From contig OX597824.1 of assembly GCA_951406725.2 (NCBI GenBank), positions 40,548,001 through 40,612,000 on the forward strand: a DNA stretch of 64,000 nucleotides, in the 5' to 3' direction. Numbering within the stretch: the first letter of the stretch is position 1; each line of letters opens with the position of its first letter. The notes under the pieces were generated by a model. It saw only the letters and a program-made list of their open reading frames with translations, did not search any database and was not told the DNA's origin. The position numbers were made by a program, and so were the translations under genes. Shown here piece by piece: positions 49,201-60,680 of the stretch. Source of the DNA: Octopus vulgaris (taxonomy: Eukaryota).

Positions 49201-52200
49201 TTTCTTTGGAGCAGGTGAGGAGGGATGTTTCCACTGCATGGATTGTCTCTTTGTTTCTGGCTCAGAGTAATGAAGTCAATACTCATCATGGGTTAGGAAA
49301 TGATCAAGGAAACCAGCAGGATCTGCCTCAAACAATGTCAGATTTTCTTGTATGCTTTGATCAAGTTTCAGAAGACATGGCACCCACTGAGTAGAAAGAA
49401 ACCTTTGTCATGCCAAGTTCATTGTGCAGAATGTTCTCAACTTTCTCTCAGGATATGCTAATAGCATTGGCTATTTGATTTATAGTCAGTTGCCTCTCAT
49501 TCATATCTATGTGGTGAACACAATCAATGTTTTCCTTGATGGTGGCAGTTGCAGGGTGTCCAGACCTTGGGTCATCATCAAGACTCTCTCTTCCCCTCCT
49601 AAATTCAGCTACCTACTTTTGTACTGTTGATAAAGCTGGATTGTCATCCCCTAATGTAGCAACCATGTCAACATGAATGGATTGGGGGGGGGGGGGCTAA
49701 AGCCTTTTTCTGCAAGTACTTGATACTACGATGCCAAATTTTGTCCGTTTTCAAAAGAAGTTACTACCAGTTACTTTTGAAGTATTTTTTGAATGGTCAG
49801 AAGTCAGTTTAGTGGAAAGAAACAATGTAGTTATTAAGAAGAAGCGTTGAAATTAACCCTTTAGTGTTCACATTATTCTGCCAAAACTAATCCTTTTTTA
49901 TCCACATTGTTTTGAACTAATCATGTATTATCTTGTAGCTATGAGATTTTGATGAGGTAGCTGTTAATTTTTAAAACGATATTGTAGGGTTGGTTTAAGA
50001 GACCAGATATGGCCAGTTTGAACATAAAACAAGTAGAATACTTTTGGCCGGATATGGCCGGTTTAAATGCTAAAGGGTTAATGCATGCAAGATTTTACAG
50101 CTCTAGTATCACTCCTTCATATGAACTTTTCGGCCTACCCTTGTATGTCTAAAGTGTGTCTTCTTTTTCAAAATACTTGGAAGTAATTTGCAGGGCATTT
50201 GACTACTATTTCTAGCAGTTTGAGAGACAACATAGAGGCTTCTTTTTTTTAACTTGTGGGTTATGATCTTATTGTCTATGGTGCAGGCTGAGACTCACAA
50301 CACAATAATTGTAATAAGGTTTGAACAGATGATAAAATCAAAATATTAACCAGATAAATCTATATGATAATAAAAAATAATAATGAAATTATTGTATACA
50401 GTGCTCAGGTGCACCACAACACACCACAACTTCTCAAAAGTGCATATAAAGCATATGCAGTAATGTACAAATGTCTGGGAAGTGAACAGTGTATGAGTCA
50501 GATACATGCTTGCGTGTGTATGGAGGGGAGAAAATCAGGTGTAGTGTTGGCGAATCTCAGGAAGCATGGAAGTTTTGAAGGATGCAGTTTTGAAGGATAT
50601 AGTTTGTAGTGTGTTTCTTTAACAAGAATATCTCATTTTTTATTTTAAATTTCATTGTAGTCATGTGACAGTATGTTTGCTAAAACTCCATTGTTTGGTA
50701 AATCAAGCAAAAATAAACCCGCGGTGATGCAACAGCACCAAAAAGCATTACCAAATTCTGCACCCTCAAAGAAATCTTATCAGTCTTTCCTAGCCACGTA
50801 TGCACCAACTGCTTCCACCAAAGGAGATAAATGTAAGTAATTTATTCATTTTTATCAGTTTTATCATGCTATCATGGGTTAGGCCTTATCATGGGTTAGA
50901 CCCTATCATGGGTTAGGCCTTATTAAGACAATATTTTACTGCCAGATACCCTTCATGTTACAATCCCTTACCTGTTTTTCAAATAAGAGATCTTTTATTT
51001 CACATGTCTTCAAAGGTGAAAAGTGATCACTGTCTTATCATCATCATCATCATTTAGCGTCCGCTTTCCATGCTAGCATGGGTTGGACGGTTCAACCGGG
51101 GTCTGGGAAGCCAGAAGGCTGCACCAGGCCCAGTCTGATCTGGCAATGTTTCTACGGCTGGATGCCCTTCCTAACGCCAACCACTCTGTGAGTGTAGTGG
51201 GTGCTTTTTACGTGCCAGACGGAGCTGGCAAACGGCCATGATCGGATGGTGTTTTTTACATGCCACCGGCACGGGGGCCAGGCGAGGCTGGCAACAGCCA
51301 CGATCGGATGGTGCTTTTTACGTTCCTTAACCCTTTAGCATTCAGATTAATTTATCCAATGTAATGCTTATTTATCCACATTTTTCAAAATTAATCATGT
51401 AGTATCTTGTAGCTTCAAGATTTTGAAAATGTGATTGTTTATTTTTAGAATGACATTGTAGGGTAGGAGTGAGAGGCTGGATATGGTTGGTTGAACATAA
51501 AACAGGAAGAATATTTGGGCTGAATGTGACCAGTTTAAATGCTAAAGGGTTAATGGTGTTTGCAAGCATGGCTGTGTGGTTAAGGAGTTTGCTTCACAAC
51601 CACAAGCATTCAAGTTCAGTCCCATTGCACGGCTCTTTGGGCAAGTGTCATCTACTATAGCACCAGACTGACCAAAACATTGTGAGTGGATTTGATAGAC
51701 TCTTCACTTTTCCATGTTTGCATGGGTGAGTTGGAATTAGTCGAGGCAGATTTCTATAGCTGGATACCCTTCATGTCATCACCCCTACCTGTCTCCAAGC
51801 TCAGTAATATTTCCCCTTGGCCTAGACATGTTTTATTTTTATGGAAGACTAAAACTGGTGTCAAAACAAAGCTTCACAAACACACACACACACATGGCTT
51901 AGTGGAGGCACATGGCCTAGTGGTTAGAGCAGTGGACTCACAGTCCAGAGATTGCAGGTTCAGATCTCAGACCAGGCAATGTGTGTGGTTATGAGCAAAA
52001 TACCTAAGCTCCACGTGGCTCCAGCAGAAGGTAATGGCAAGCTACTGCTGACTTTTTCACCACAACTTTCTCTCACTCTTTCCTCCTGCATCTAGCAGCT
52101 CACCTGTGACGGACCAGCGTCCCATCCAGGTGGGGAACCTATACGCCAATGAAACCAAGAGACTGGCCCTTATGAGCCAGGCATGGCTCAAGAAGGAACA

Positions 52201-52961
52201 AACAACAACATATATGTATATACACACACACACATGTATATCTGTGTATATGTGTGTGTATTTGAGTCTCCTAGTCTTGACATTACAGGATAGTTATAAA
52301 CAAACATCACCATCATACAAGTGGAATTCCTAATTTCCCATCTTCCTCAAAAACATGTTTGTTCATGAGGAAATGATACCCAAATTTGGAAAAAATATTG
52401 TTGTTGTTATTGTTGTCATCATCATCATTATCATCATCATCATCATCATCACCATCATCATGCTTTAATCTTTCAATCTGTTTCTAGCTAACAAAAGTAG
52501 TTCCAGCAAAAGGACAAAGCCTTTGAAGTCTCAAGAAAATTTACCTTTCAAGAATTTCGCCAGATCAAACCTGACTAATGGCCTCCACCCACACTATGAA
52601 CATTTCAGTGACACTTACAATGTACGCCCTCACCCAAAGTGTAAGTACACTATCTGTTTTAACATCTCTTCATACTGTGGAAATGTGTTTGAGATGAGTA
52701 TTTTAGCAGGGACCCAAATGGTCAGTGAATTTTTTTTTCCCCCTAATCATGAGATTAATATAATATATATATATATATATACATAGGCACAGGAGTGGCT
52801 GTGTGGTAAGTAGCTTGTTTACCAACCACATGGTTCCGGGTTCAGTCCCACTGTGTGGCACCTTGGGCAAGTGTCTTCTACTATAGCCTCAGGCCGACCA
52901 AAGCCTTGTGAGTGGATTTGGTAGACGGAAACTGAAAGAAGCCTGTCGTATATATATGTAT

Positions 52962-53028
<67 letters not shown>

Positions 53029-55212
53029 TGTGTGTGTTTGTCCCCCTAGCATTGCTTGACGACCAATGCTGGTGTGTTTATGTCCCCGTTACTTAGCGGT
53101 TCGGCAAAAGAGACCGATAGAATAAGTACTGGGCTTACAAAAGAATAAGTCCCAGGGTCGAGTTGCTCGATTAAAGGTGGTGCTCCAGCATGGCCGCAAT
53201 CAAATGACTGAAACAAGTAAAAGAGTATACGTACATATGTATTTACAATTTATAAGTATAGATGCATTAGATAACACATTAACAAATTTTGGAGGGCTGG
53301 TAAAGAGTTCTACCCTCTACCCAGATATTTCAAGCAATTTAGAAACTGTCATATTATCACAGGTGGGCAGAGTGGCAGAGTTTGAGCAGCCACATTATAA
53401 AGCAATAAAATGCATTTATAAACATGTTTATTGCTTTTATAAACATGTTTTCTGTATTTCTTATCAATGTACACCTTGTACACTCTGTGAATTGGTTGGT
53501 ATTAAGACAGGCATCCAGCTGTAGAAACCAAACCCTCTGGCTCATCTGTTTGTATTGAACTGTCCAGCCCATGCCAGCAAGGAAAAATGAATGTTAAATG
53601 ATCATACATGCACACACACCTACACATACATGTGTGTGTGTGTAGGTGGGGAGTTTGGGTGTGAGTGTATGCATATAAATATAGTGTAGGTTTGGATTGG
53701 GTAAAAATATGTTATATTCCTAATGCAGCACTTGACATGAACTCCTGGCTATCTACACTTCAGTACTGGAATTTAGGTAATTTACAAATCCACTGGTGTT
53801 GGAACTTGAGATGTCTTTCACTGATAAAACAAGTGTGTAAGAATTTTGTTGAGTAACATATAAGATAAGGAAAAAGACAAAGAATGAATGTAGCACAACT
53901 TTAATATTTGTTGCATTTGTTTACGTACCACCCTGTTTCTATCCATTTGCTTTGTTTGTCTGTGTGTGAAGGACATGTAGCCTAGTGGTCAGATTGTTGG
54001 ACTCACGATGACAAGTTCAAATATCAGTTAGGTTGTATGTTTTTCCCTTGAGCATGATACTTTGTTTCGTATTACCCCAGTCAACTCAGCTGAAAATTAG
54101 TACCAGCTAATAGTTAATCCTGTGATGGACTGAAATCCTAGTTTAATTAAGAATTAGGAAACATCGAGAGTTTTTATTATTTTTGGTTGGATGAAAAGAT
54201 GATCTTTAGTCAATCATCTTGACCACCACCACCACCCCAGTCTCACACTTATGTTATCATTTTCTGTTTGTTGAAAGCTTAAGTTAACCATTTTATGTTT
54301 TTTTTCTTTCACATACAATTCAATAATAAACATGAATATAGACACACACACACAAGCAGATATTTGTGCATTGGTGTGTGAGTGAATTATAGGCACAATC
54401 AAGGCACAAGCCTTTGTGGTTAAGAAGTTTGTCCATGATTACGAGTTCAGTACCATTGCAAAGACACTGTCAGTTGATGATGGTGGTGGCAGTGTGGGGA
54501 AGCAAGATTGAAATGATGTATTTACTATTTTTGGCAACATTTGGAGAGATAGAAGAACCAAGGATTACTATTAATCATCATCATCATCATTGTTTAACAT
54601 CCGCTTTCCATGCTAGCATGGGTTGGACGATCTGAGTGAGGGCTGGTGAACCAGATGGTTGCACCAGGCTCCAATCTTGATCTGGCAGAGTTTCTACAGC
54701 TGGATGCCCTTCCTAACGCCAACCATTCTGAGAGTGTAGTGGGTGCTTTTACGTGCCATCGGCATGGGGGCCGGTCAGGCGGTACTGGCAATGACCTCGC
54801 TCGAATCTTTTTACACATGCCACTGGCACAGGTGCCAGTAAGGTGATGCTGGTAACGATCATGCTCGAATGGTGCCTTTTACGTGCCACCTGCACGGAAG
54901 CCAATTATCCACTCTGGCAATGATCACGCTTGGATGGTACTCTTAGCACCCTACTAGCATGGGGCTCAAGATTGATAGGAAAGGAAAAAAAATTTAAATA
55001 GTAAAAATAAAGGCCATATGTATCTTTTGTAAACTAATCTGAAATATTTAATTTTTGTCTACATAACAATTACTATTTATTTTCTTTCAGTTGACTCAAT
55101 TTATCGAAAAAGCGCTTTAGATAAAGATGCTATCTCTGAGTCCTTGGATACCAGTGGTAGCTTGATATCAGATGTTCTCGAAAGAACCCGCAAAAGGATG
55201 AATTTTTGGTGA
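13260..55212 (+). CDS. MDM1: MDM1-family microtubule-binding centriolar/axonemal protein; spliced CDS of 20 exons, about 1017 aa
   Basis: All junctions are GT-AG and phase-consistent (3054 nt including the stop). Hallmarks: EPCLQRKKR; LLYRSGL...RSSEYQKNF; MSEYQRNF; [21 protein letters not shown]; [25 protein letters not shown]; C-terminal [13 protein letters not shown]. All resemble vertebrate MDM1 blocks, in the same order. Confidence 0.9.
14921..15352. mobile_element. Merlin-like MITE (8-bp TSD)
   Basis: TIR GGATCTTTTCGGTTTGAA(C/T)GGCAGTTTTT; TSD CACTTATG at 14913-20 and 15353-60; internal (CCCTAA)3. Confidence 0.82.
18575..18802. mobile_element. piggyBac-type MITE (TTAA-CCCTTT...AAAGGG-TTAA), representative copy
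   Basis: TTAA TSD and CCC/GGG termini. Further copies at 20892-21331 (SINE nested inside), about 30544-30750, 42450-42663, 49853-50081, 51327-51553 and from 63987. Confidence 0.85.
19601..19782 (+). CDS. MDM1: MDM1 exon 2
   Basis: tttttag|[14 protein letters not shown]...[27 protein letters not shown]|gtataa. Confidence 0.85.
21521..21688 (+). CDS. MDM1: MDM1 exon 3 (unit A; alternative donors after 21574 and 21688)
   Basis: attag|[18 protein letters not shown][gtaagt][38 protein letters not shown]|gtaagc. Both donors are phase 0. Confidence 0.7.
22951..23130 (+). CDS. MDM1: MDM1 exon 4 (unit B)
   Basis: ctcag|[60 protein letters not shown]|gtaagt; 180 nt, phase 0-0. Confidence 0.82.
23690..23941 (-). 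mobile_element. RTE-clade LINE 3' fragment
   Basis: ...[18 protein letters not shown]...[11 protein letters not shown], a typical RTE ORF C-terminus. Confidence 0.7.
24755..26032 (-). mobile_element. Full-length inactive mariner (DD34D) in MDM1 intron 4
   Basis: TIRs TTGG(A/G)TCTTCCCATAAATAATG at both ends, TA TSD, about 1.28 kb. Transposase relic 25849-24828 has [25 protein letters not shown] (34 residues between the 2nd and 3rd D) and in-frame stops. Confidence 0.93.
26153..26206 (+). CDS. MDM1: MDM1 exon 5 (unit A', paralog of exon 3)
   Basis: attag|[18 protein letters not shown]|gtaagt; 54 nt. The downstream paralogous part is frameshifted. Confidence 0.65.
27918..28112 (+). CDS. MDM1: MDM1 exon 6 (unit B', paralog of exon 4)
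   Basis: ctcag|[65 protein letters not shown]|gtaagt; 195 nt. Confidence 0.82.
28874..28996 (+). CDS. MDM1: MDM1 exon 7
   Basis: ttttag|[41 protein letters not shown]|gtatta; 123 nt, phase 0-0. Confidence 0.78.
30836..31312 (-). mobile_element. (CAT)n-tailed SINE with an internal GC-rich minisatellite
   Basis: (CAT)n-TTAGCGTCCGCTTTCCATGCTAGCATGGG... then about 5 units of GCTGGCAACGG.CACGAACGGATGGTGCTTTTACGTG.CACCG.CACGG. Relatives at about 51040-51323, 54575-54965 and 40435-40590. Confidence 0.8.
31650..32130 (-). mobile_element. RTE-clade LINE 3' fragment (frameshifted)
   Basis: Across frames it reads LRHILDI...[27 protein letters not shown]...[11 protein letters not shown]. Confidence 0.7.
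32400..32492 (+). CDS. MDM1: MDM1 exon 8 (unit C)
   Basis: ttaag|[31 protein letters not shown]|gttaat; 93 nt. Confidence 0.7.
33540..33632 (+). CDS. MDM1: MDM1 exon 9 (unit C', paralog of exon 8)
   Basis: ttaag|[31 protein letters not shown]|gttagt; 93 nt. Confidence 0.72.
34717..35144. mobile_element. Palindromic element: approximately 150-bp inverted arms around a tRNA-like head
   Basis: 34717-34865 is the reverse complement of about 34947-35108. The centre on the minus strand reads GACATAGTGGTTAAGAGC...GAGTTCGATTCCAGG. Confidence 0.8.
35476..35960. repeat. Diverged direct repeat, about 165-bp copies roughly 320 bp apart
   Basis: CTTGCATATTTATT...AATGTGAATA...CACAG.AGAACA...CAAATATGTGTT...TTCATTAG...GGACAGC...TGTTTTGA is present twice. 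Confidence 0.75.
36773..36904 (+). CDS. MDM1: MDM1 exon 10 (SEYxxxF repeat)
   Basis: accag|[44 protein letters not shown]|gtaact. Confidence 0.9.
37665..38112 (+). mobile_element. Major SINE copy with an internal approximately 57-bp duplication
   Basis: Same family as 6961-7380; GTGTCCGTGTTTGTCCCC...TTGACAACC occurs twice. Confidence 0.85.
38818..39182 (-). mobile_element. Major SINE copy, antisense
   Basis: Reverse complement of the 6961-7380 family. Confidence 0.85.
39439..39867 (+). CDS. MDM1: MDM1 exon 11 (SEYxxxF repeat plus K/S/T-rich linker)
   Basis: ttcag|[32 protein letters not shown]...TEPKHK|gttggt; lies within ORF 39319-39885. Confidence 0.88.
40534..41019. repeat. Exact local duplication with A-X-B-A-B structure
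   Basis: About 40535-40599 = 40853-40917, and 40751-40852 = 40918-41019. Confidence 0.9.
41496..41520 (+). CDS. MDM1: MDM1 exon 12 (25-nt microexon)
   Basis: tacag|MKRAKSLE+1|gtaaga; phase 0 to 1, required to connect to exon 13. Confidence 0.75.
42349..42394 (+). CDS. MDM1: MDM1 exon 13 (46 nt)
   Basis: tacag|(S)[14 protein letters not shown](V)|gtgagt; phase 1 to 2. Confidence 0.78.
43038..43125 (+). CDS. MDM1: MDM1 exon 14 (SEYxxxF repeat)
   Basis: tttag|[29 protein letters not shown]|gtaaag; phase 2 to 0. Confidence 0.9.
44459..44590 (-). ncRNA. Penelope-type minimal type I hammerhead ribozyme candidate
   Basis: CUGACGA (44580-74), an approximately 95-nt stem II hairpin, then GAAA-C-AGCU-G-UA (44476-65); stem I is weak. 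Confidence 0.55.
44612..44869. repeat. Approximately 260-bp imperfect palindrome
   Basis: GAAAAAAAGAGATGACAAAGGAATAAATG...TATAAGATGCTGTGGACTCATAG is mirrored by CTATGAGTCCACAACATCTTATA...CATTTATTCCTTTCTCATCTCTTTTTTT. Confidence 0.8.
45028..45251 (+). CDS. MDM1: MDM1 exon 15 (conserved WYxxVxELR block)
   Basis: ataag|[42 protein letters not shown]...TYY(P)|gtaagt. Confidence 0.9.
47328..47926 (+). CDS. MDM1: MDM1 exon 16 (acidic, low-complexity)
   Basis: tccag|(P)PEMFSFKNK...IDADDE|gtaagt; within ORF 47296-47973; phase 2 to 1. Confidence 0.88.
48033..48097 (+). CDS. MDM1: MDM1 exon 17
   Basis: tccag|(F)[21 protein letters not shown]|gtaagt; phase 1 to 0. Confidence 0.78.
49097..49200. repeat. 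(CA)n microsatellite
   Basis: Direct reading. Confidence 0.95.
49853..50081. mobile_element. piggyBac-type MITE
   Basis: TTAACCCTTTAG...CTAAAGGGTTAA. Confidence 0.85.
50661..50832 (+). CDS. MDM1: MDM1 exon 18
   Basis: tgtag|[20 protein letters not shown]...ASTKGDK|gtaagt; phase 0 to 1. Confidence 0.82.
51327..51553. mobile_element. piggyBac-type MITE truncating a SINE
   Basis: TTAACCCTTTAGC...GCTAAAGGGTTAA. Confidence 0.85.
52488..52640 (+). CDS. MDM1: MDM1 exon 19
   Basis: tctag|(S)[20 protein letters not shown]...VRPHPK|gtaagt; phase 1 to 1. Confidence 0.82.
52785..53225 (+). mobile_element. Major SINE copy with an expanded (TA)n
   Basis: Same family, CpGs largely intact. Confidence 0.85.
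55091..55212 (+). CDS. MDM1: MDM1 exon 20 (terminal)
   Basis: ttcag|(F)[39 protein letters not shown]; resembles the MDM1 C-terminal LxRAxKRxxxFW motif. Confidence 0.9.
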
Positions 55213-55539
55213 AAGAATCTTGAATATACTAGGTTGAGGAAAAAGTTTGTGCACCGTGTTAAAATAATGAACTGAATGAACATACACACCAAAAAATATA
55301 TAAAAAAGCATTATTTTAACTCAACACACAAACTTTTTCCTTGACGTAATATTTTTATATCGTGCAGAATACATTTTTAATTTTGTGGCTTACAGCAGAC
55401 ATTTATGTTCCACAACAATTCCACTAAAAACATGATGGGAAAGGGACAAAGGTAACGCTATAAGTTCAAATCTAGTGTCACACTGACATACTCTTCATTG
55501 TGACTGTAGAACATATCAATTAACATTAGTTCTTTATTT

Positions 55540-55569
55540 CATGTGTGTGTGTGTATGCGTGTGAGTGTA

Positions 55570-55603
<34 letters not shown>

Positions 55604-55912
55604 CATACATACATGCATAAATATGTGTGTATGTATGTATATATGTGTATGTGTATATATATATACAGGTTTGGCCAAAAATCAACTGAGAGTAAATCAA
55701 AATTCCACAAATAATTAATATTCAATTTTATTTATTCATCCAATTATGAATGTTTAATAATTGAATACTGTGAGTTAAAATCAATTTTTTTGTTTCTTTT
55801 TTCTACATTTGTCTATATATTAGTGAAGTTGCATATAAAATAACTTTTTGTTTTAATGTTGGCATTGAATGGTTTTAATTTATTGTCAGGTGACTTTTGG
55901 GCAACCCTGTAT

Positions 55913-55952
<40 letters not shown>

Positions 55953-55972
55953 TAACATATATATATATACAC

Positions 55973-56005
<33 letters not shown>

Positions 56006-56147
56006 CATATTTATATGTACATATATATATATATATATACATATATATTCATATTTATTTATATATATATATATGTATTTATATGTATATATGTGCGTGT
56101 GTATATATATGTATGTATGTGTATATATATATGTATATACACACATG
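55540..56147. repeat. Compound TA/CA/TG microsatellites downstream of the MDM1 stop
   Basis: Two blocks, 55540-55667 and 55910-56147. Confidence 0.9.
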
Positions 56148-56749
56148 CAAACTCACACCTAACTAATTGACTTTTTCCACAGTTTAAACTGTGAATCGAC
56201 CAACAGCTCAAATATCTCTCCAGAGTTCTTTCATTTTGGAGAGTTAATAGAGTTATTGTAATTTAAAAAAAGTTTCTATCTTGTATACTTATCTATATAC
56301 ATATATATATATCTCAAGGACATTTTCTAATCACTGTTGTTATACCTATATTTTGTATATTACATATATTTGAAAACATAACTGTTAAACATATCGTTTA
56401 TAAAATATTGTTTATTTCATGTTCCTTTCTTTATTGCTTACATTTGGTTTTGTATACAACAGGAATTCTGTACAAATACAGAATTATGTGTATGTATATA
56501 TATATTTTTTTATTTCCTGTCATTCCTGCAATAGATTTGACCATTCAGTGGTATAGAAGTATTATTTGACTTCTATTTTTTAGTGATATAGGTACTCATG
56601 TAGTACCCTTGTATATATATATATATATATATATGTACATATCTAATATTGTATATATATATTTTATTAATTTTCCTGTACGGCTGATAATTTGCTTACC
56701 ACTTGTAATGGTGTTTTAATAATACCATCTCTACATTTATATATATATA

Positions 56750-57141
56750 CTCATTTACTTGTTTCAGTCATTTGACTACGGCCATGCTGGAGCACTGCCT
56801 TTAGTCGAGCAAATCGACCCCAAGACTTATTCTTTGTAAGCCTAGTACTTATTTTATTGGTTTCTTTTGCCAAACCGCTAAGTTACGTGGACGTAAACAC
56901 ACCAGCATCGGTTGTCAAGCGGTGTTGGGGGGACAAACACAGACACTCAAACATACATACATATATATACATATATATGACGGGCTTCCTTCAGTTTCCG
57001 TTTACCAAATCCACTCACAAGGTGTGGATCGGCCCAAGGCTATAGTAGAAGACACTTGCCCAAGGTGCCACGCAGTGGGAATGAACCCAGAACCTTGTGG
57101 TTGGTAAGCAAGCTACTTACCACACAGCCACTCCTGTACCT
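56750..57141 (-). mobile_element. Major SINE copy, antisense
   Basis: Reverse complement of the same family. Confidence 0.85.
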
Positions 57142-59109
57142 ATATATATATACAGTTTTGCATAGGTGCTAGTAAATGTATGATTTTTGAAATACAGTAT
57201 TGGTGCAGGCACAGCTGTGTGGTTGAAAATTTTGCTTGCTAATGGCATAGCTTTTAGTTCAGTTCCACTGCATGGCACCTTGAGCAAATGCTTTTGAGTT
57301 TTGGGCCAACTAAAGCCTTGTTAATGGATTTGATAGATAGAAACTGTAAGAAACCTGTCATATGTATGTGTGTGAGAATCACTGCAGTACAAGCAATGTT
57401 TGTTCCTTTCTAACCTTCTGTGAAAACATGTCCAGCTAAAGTGAGAATTACCTTACTTGGAAAACATGAATATGGGCAACAGGTGTGTCATCTGGCTGTA
57501 GAATATCTACATAACAAATTCCGTCAACACTAGAAAGTATGATAAAATGTATGATGACGACAATGAATCCCTGCTAGCCTCATCATCATTCTTCGTCGTC
57601 CTTTAATGTTCATTATACTTCTTTATTGCTAACCTTCTCTCTCTCACTCTCCCTGCTTATCTTTCATTATTGACACCAATACTCTCTCTCTCTCTCTGTT
57701 ACCATCATCCATCTTTACTACTTTCCATCACTCTCTCTCCCATATTACTCCCTCCTGTTTCACTCACACTTCCCAACAACCTGTCACCCTTCTATCACTC
57801 TCTTCACCACCCAATTCATGCTGTTTTTCTATTTATTCTCCCTATCAACAACCAACGTACAGCTGTCTATCTCTGAGGCTCTTGCATTACCTCCACTTCT
57901 CTATCATCAACTCTTCCTTCATAATCTCTTTTACTATCGTCTTTGCTCTCGTTCTCTTCTGTTCATCTTCTCTGTCACATTGCCTTGAATAAGTAGAGAC
58001 AACACAGAGAAGATAGCCTTTCTAGTATTAGTACCATGATAAAAAGCATTCAATATACTCTGTAAATTAGTTTGCATTAAGAAATACATCCAGCCATAGA
58101 AACCATGCCAATATAGGAAAATATTATTGAGATGTGGTCCTCAACTCATCTAAATAAGAAATGACTCATACCATAGCAATCTGTTTAATGCATTCCTGCA
58201 TGGGAAACATATGTAAAATGACAACCCTGATACCACTTCCTTTCTCTCGCATTACTACTGTGACAATCAAATGGACAATTTCTTAAGATTAACGGAACTC
58301 GTAATTGGTAATCGGTTAGAGCTCATAATTTGAAAGAGAAATTTAGTGCAGCTAAAATACCTGTTGGAAATTTGATTGAAAGTTGTTTGCTCTAGCAGTT
58401 TTTTTTCTACAAACAGTTCCACTCTCTTAAATACCTCCCAATATTTGAAGTACATTATGGATAGATCACTAATCAGTTTAGTTTCAAGCTCCTGGTACAT
58501 TTTTGAACATTTAATCATTTTCAAAGTAAAGCTAAATCTTTGGTATGCTACCACAAATCAGACATGTTTTGTTTTTCCCACCAATGATCTTATGAATACC
58601 TTTCCAAAATCTGCATTCTTGCAGTCTCGTGGTGTTGCATGATTTGACTAAATTCTTCCAAAGTTGTTAGAATTACTTCAGAATCACTATCTCATTTTTA
58701 ACTTTGGCATTTTGTAACAATTCTATGAATGTTATATATTCAGTTAGAAAACTGTGATTCTTTAGATAATCCACCAACAAAGTGACATCTTGTTACATTG
58801 TTCTGTAGCAGAAACCAGCAAGATATTTTCACCTGTCTTTCTGTTGGCCCCCTCTAACATTAAACAAAAAATGTACAAGTAGCCATTGCATGGTCAGATG
58901 CACTTTGAACTTAGTACTTCCAGCATTGTTATGTGAAAATATAATCTAACATGGCTATTCTACTGTGTTGGTCACAGAATGTCATAAGTTTGCTTTGGTC
59001 TCGTTGTAAAAGACCAGAGGATGAAGTAATGCAGTCTGCAATAATTTTTTGTGTTTGTGTATACTGAAGTCAAGATGGGTTGAAAAATGCATGTTTATAT
59101 ACAAAACTC

Positions 59110-60680
59110 ATATATGATAGCTACAATGGAACAAAGTAGCTACCCTCAACTTCCTCCACCATGGCCTCAAGACGGCTCCAGAACCTGGCCCCTGTATTCC
59201 TAGAAAGATCCTTGAATATCTTTATCTTGACCCTGATGTTGCAGGCAGAGTGGTTGCTGTCTTTTTCAACTGCACTTCTCATATAGTAATCCATGGGATT
59301 ACAAATGGGCGAATTAGGAGACTAGAAATTAGAGTTAGTGAAGTCAAAGAACAAGCGAAGTAGCTAGTTAGATAACATCTGTAAGAGATGAAAGTAGTAA
59401 TTATACTGAGAAGTAATGTTTATTGCCATTTCAGTATGTCTGTTACATGGCAACTGACATTACAACTGTTTTTAACCTCAGATGGTTATCAATGCACCCA
59501 ATATATATTGCAAGCATGGGAGCAAATCCCTACTAACTTCTAGCAGATGACGGGACCACCAGACCATACAGTTTTGAACTATTTGTGCTTTTCCTCAGTG
59601 GTAGACACCCATCCGCTAGAGGTAGCAGTAATCCGCTCCAGCTCACAATGTATAGAAAAATAAGATCTGCTTGAAGATGGTAGGGGTTTGCTCACCTGCT
59701 TGCACCAGGTGCAGATTGCATCAATAACCAGCTGGAGGAGGTTCCTCTTGGGGTTAAAAACGGTAGTAATGTCAGTTCCTACGGGACAGCCATATTGATG
59801 TGGCGATAAACATTACTTCTGAGGTCAAAGAAATTCTCTGATAACCATTTCTGGCTCTTTTTGGAGGTATGGCAAGGAGATAAATCCTGCTGCCACACAT
59901 GAAGCCTTTCAGCAGCAATCATCTCTAGCCAAGGATTGACTACAGTCTCCAGTTGCTTCACATAGCTGTCTGAATTGAGCCTAAAGCCCTGTTCAAAGAT
60001 GTGGAGTGGCCTGGCATCACCCTCACTAGAGATAAACCCAAAAGCCATCACAGTTTGGGGAACTTGGTTTCATATGTGTGATATCATGGATTGTAGGTAA
60101 GCCACATGTTTTTCTGGGTGTTGTGCAACTGATCCTAGCAAACGTTCTTTTCATCTGTGAACCAGATCATCCCCAACTCAACAAGATGCCTCAGATTGTT
60201 CAGAAGCATCTTTGCCTCTTGTACAAACAGTAGAAAGCCAGTTTCATGGTGGTGACTTCAACATCCATCTCTTTCACTAAAGCCTGGATTCCCTTGCTCA
60301 GATCTTCTATCACCTTGTCCTGCAGTTGCTGGGTGAATTCTGGTGTGTGGACACAATCAGAACGACTACTGTGCTCCTTCCTGCTAGCCATGGCTTTGAA
60401 GTTTCTCTTGCAGCTATCCCTGTCATGCCTTACAGTCTTCACTGAACATTGGGCAGTATTCATGTTGGCATTTTAATACCCAGTGCAAATCATTCTGATA
60501 TAGATAACTCTTTTCCATTATTTAGATGGCTTCCAGTCCTCCATGTCAGGTAACTTTTTCATAACTACCACTTTAATCTTTAAGCTCTCCAATGCCATTA
60601 ACCATTCATCAATATGTTAAGCTGTTCTTGAAAAACGGAGACATAAAAAATTGTCAAATTTAGCCCAAACACCTTGTATA
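59110..60680 (-). mobile_element. Degenerate Tc1/mariner-superfamily transposon, DD37D (maT-type)
   Basis: WFTDEKN ... WQQDLSPCH ... SPNSPICNPMDY, with 37 residues between the 2nd and 3rd D once the 59352-59819 insertion is removed. Ends are approximate. Confidence 0.8.
59352..59819. mobile_element. Unclassified 468-bp insertion with a 13-bp TSD
   Basis: TGAAGTCAAAGAA (59339-51) and TGAGGTCAAAGAA (59820-32) flank a block that interrupts the transposase frame. Confidence 0.75.

Noticed and set aside
50868-50922. Short tandem repeats: 17-bp x3 (TATCATGGGTTAGGCCT), and 14-bp x3 at 16581-16627
   Set aside because: Ordinary local slippage duplications with no further structure.
58267-58642. 95-aa and 88-aa overlapping ORFs between MDM1 and ATP6AP1
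   Set aside because: No motif or splice structure recognised; possibly a decayed TE.
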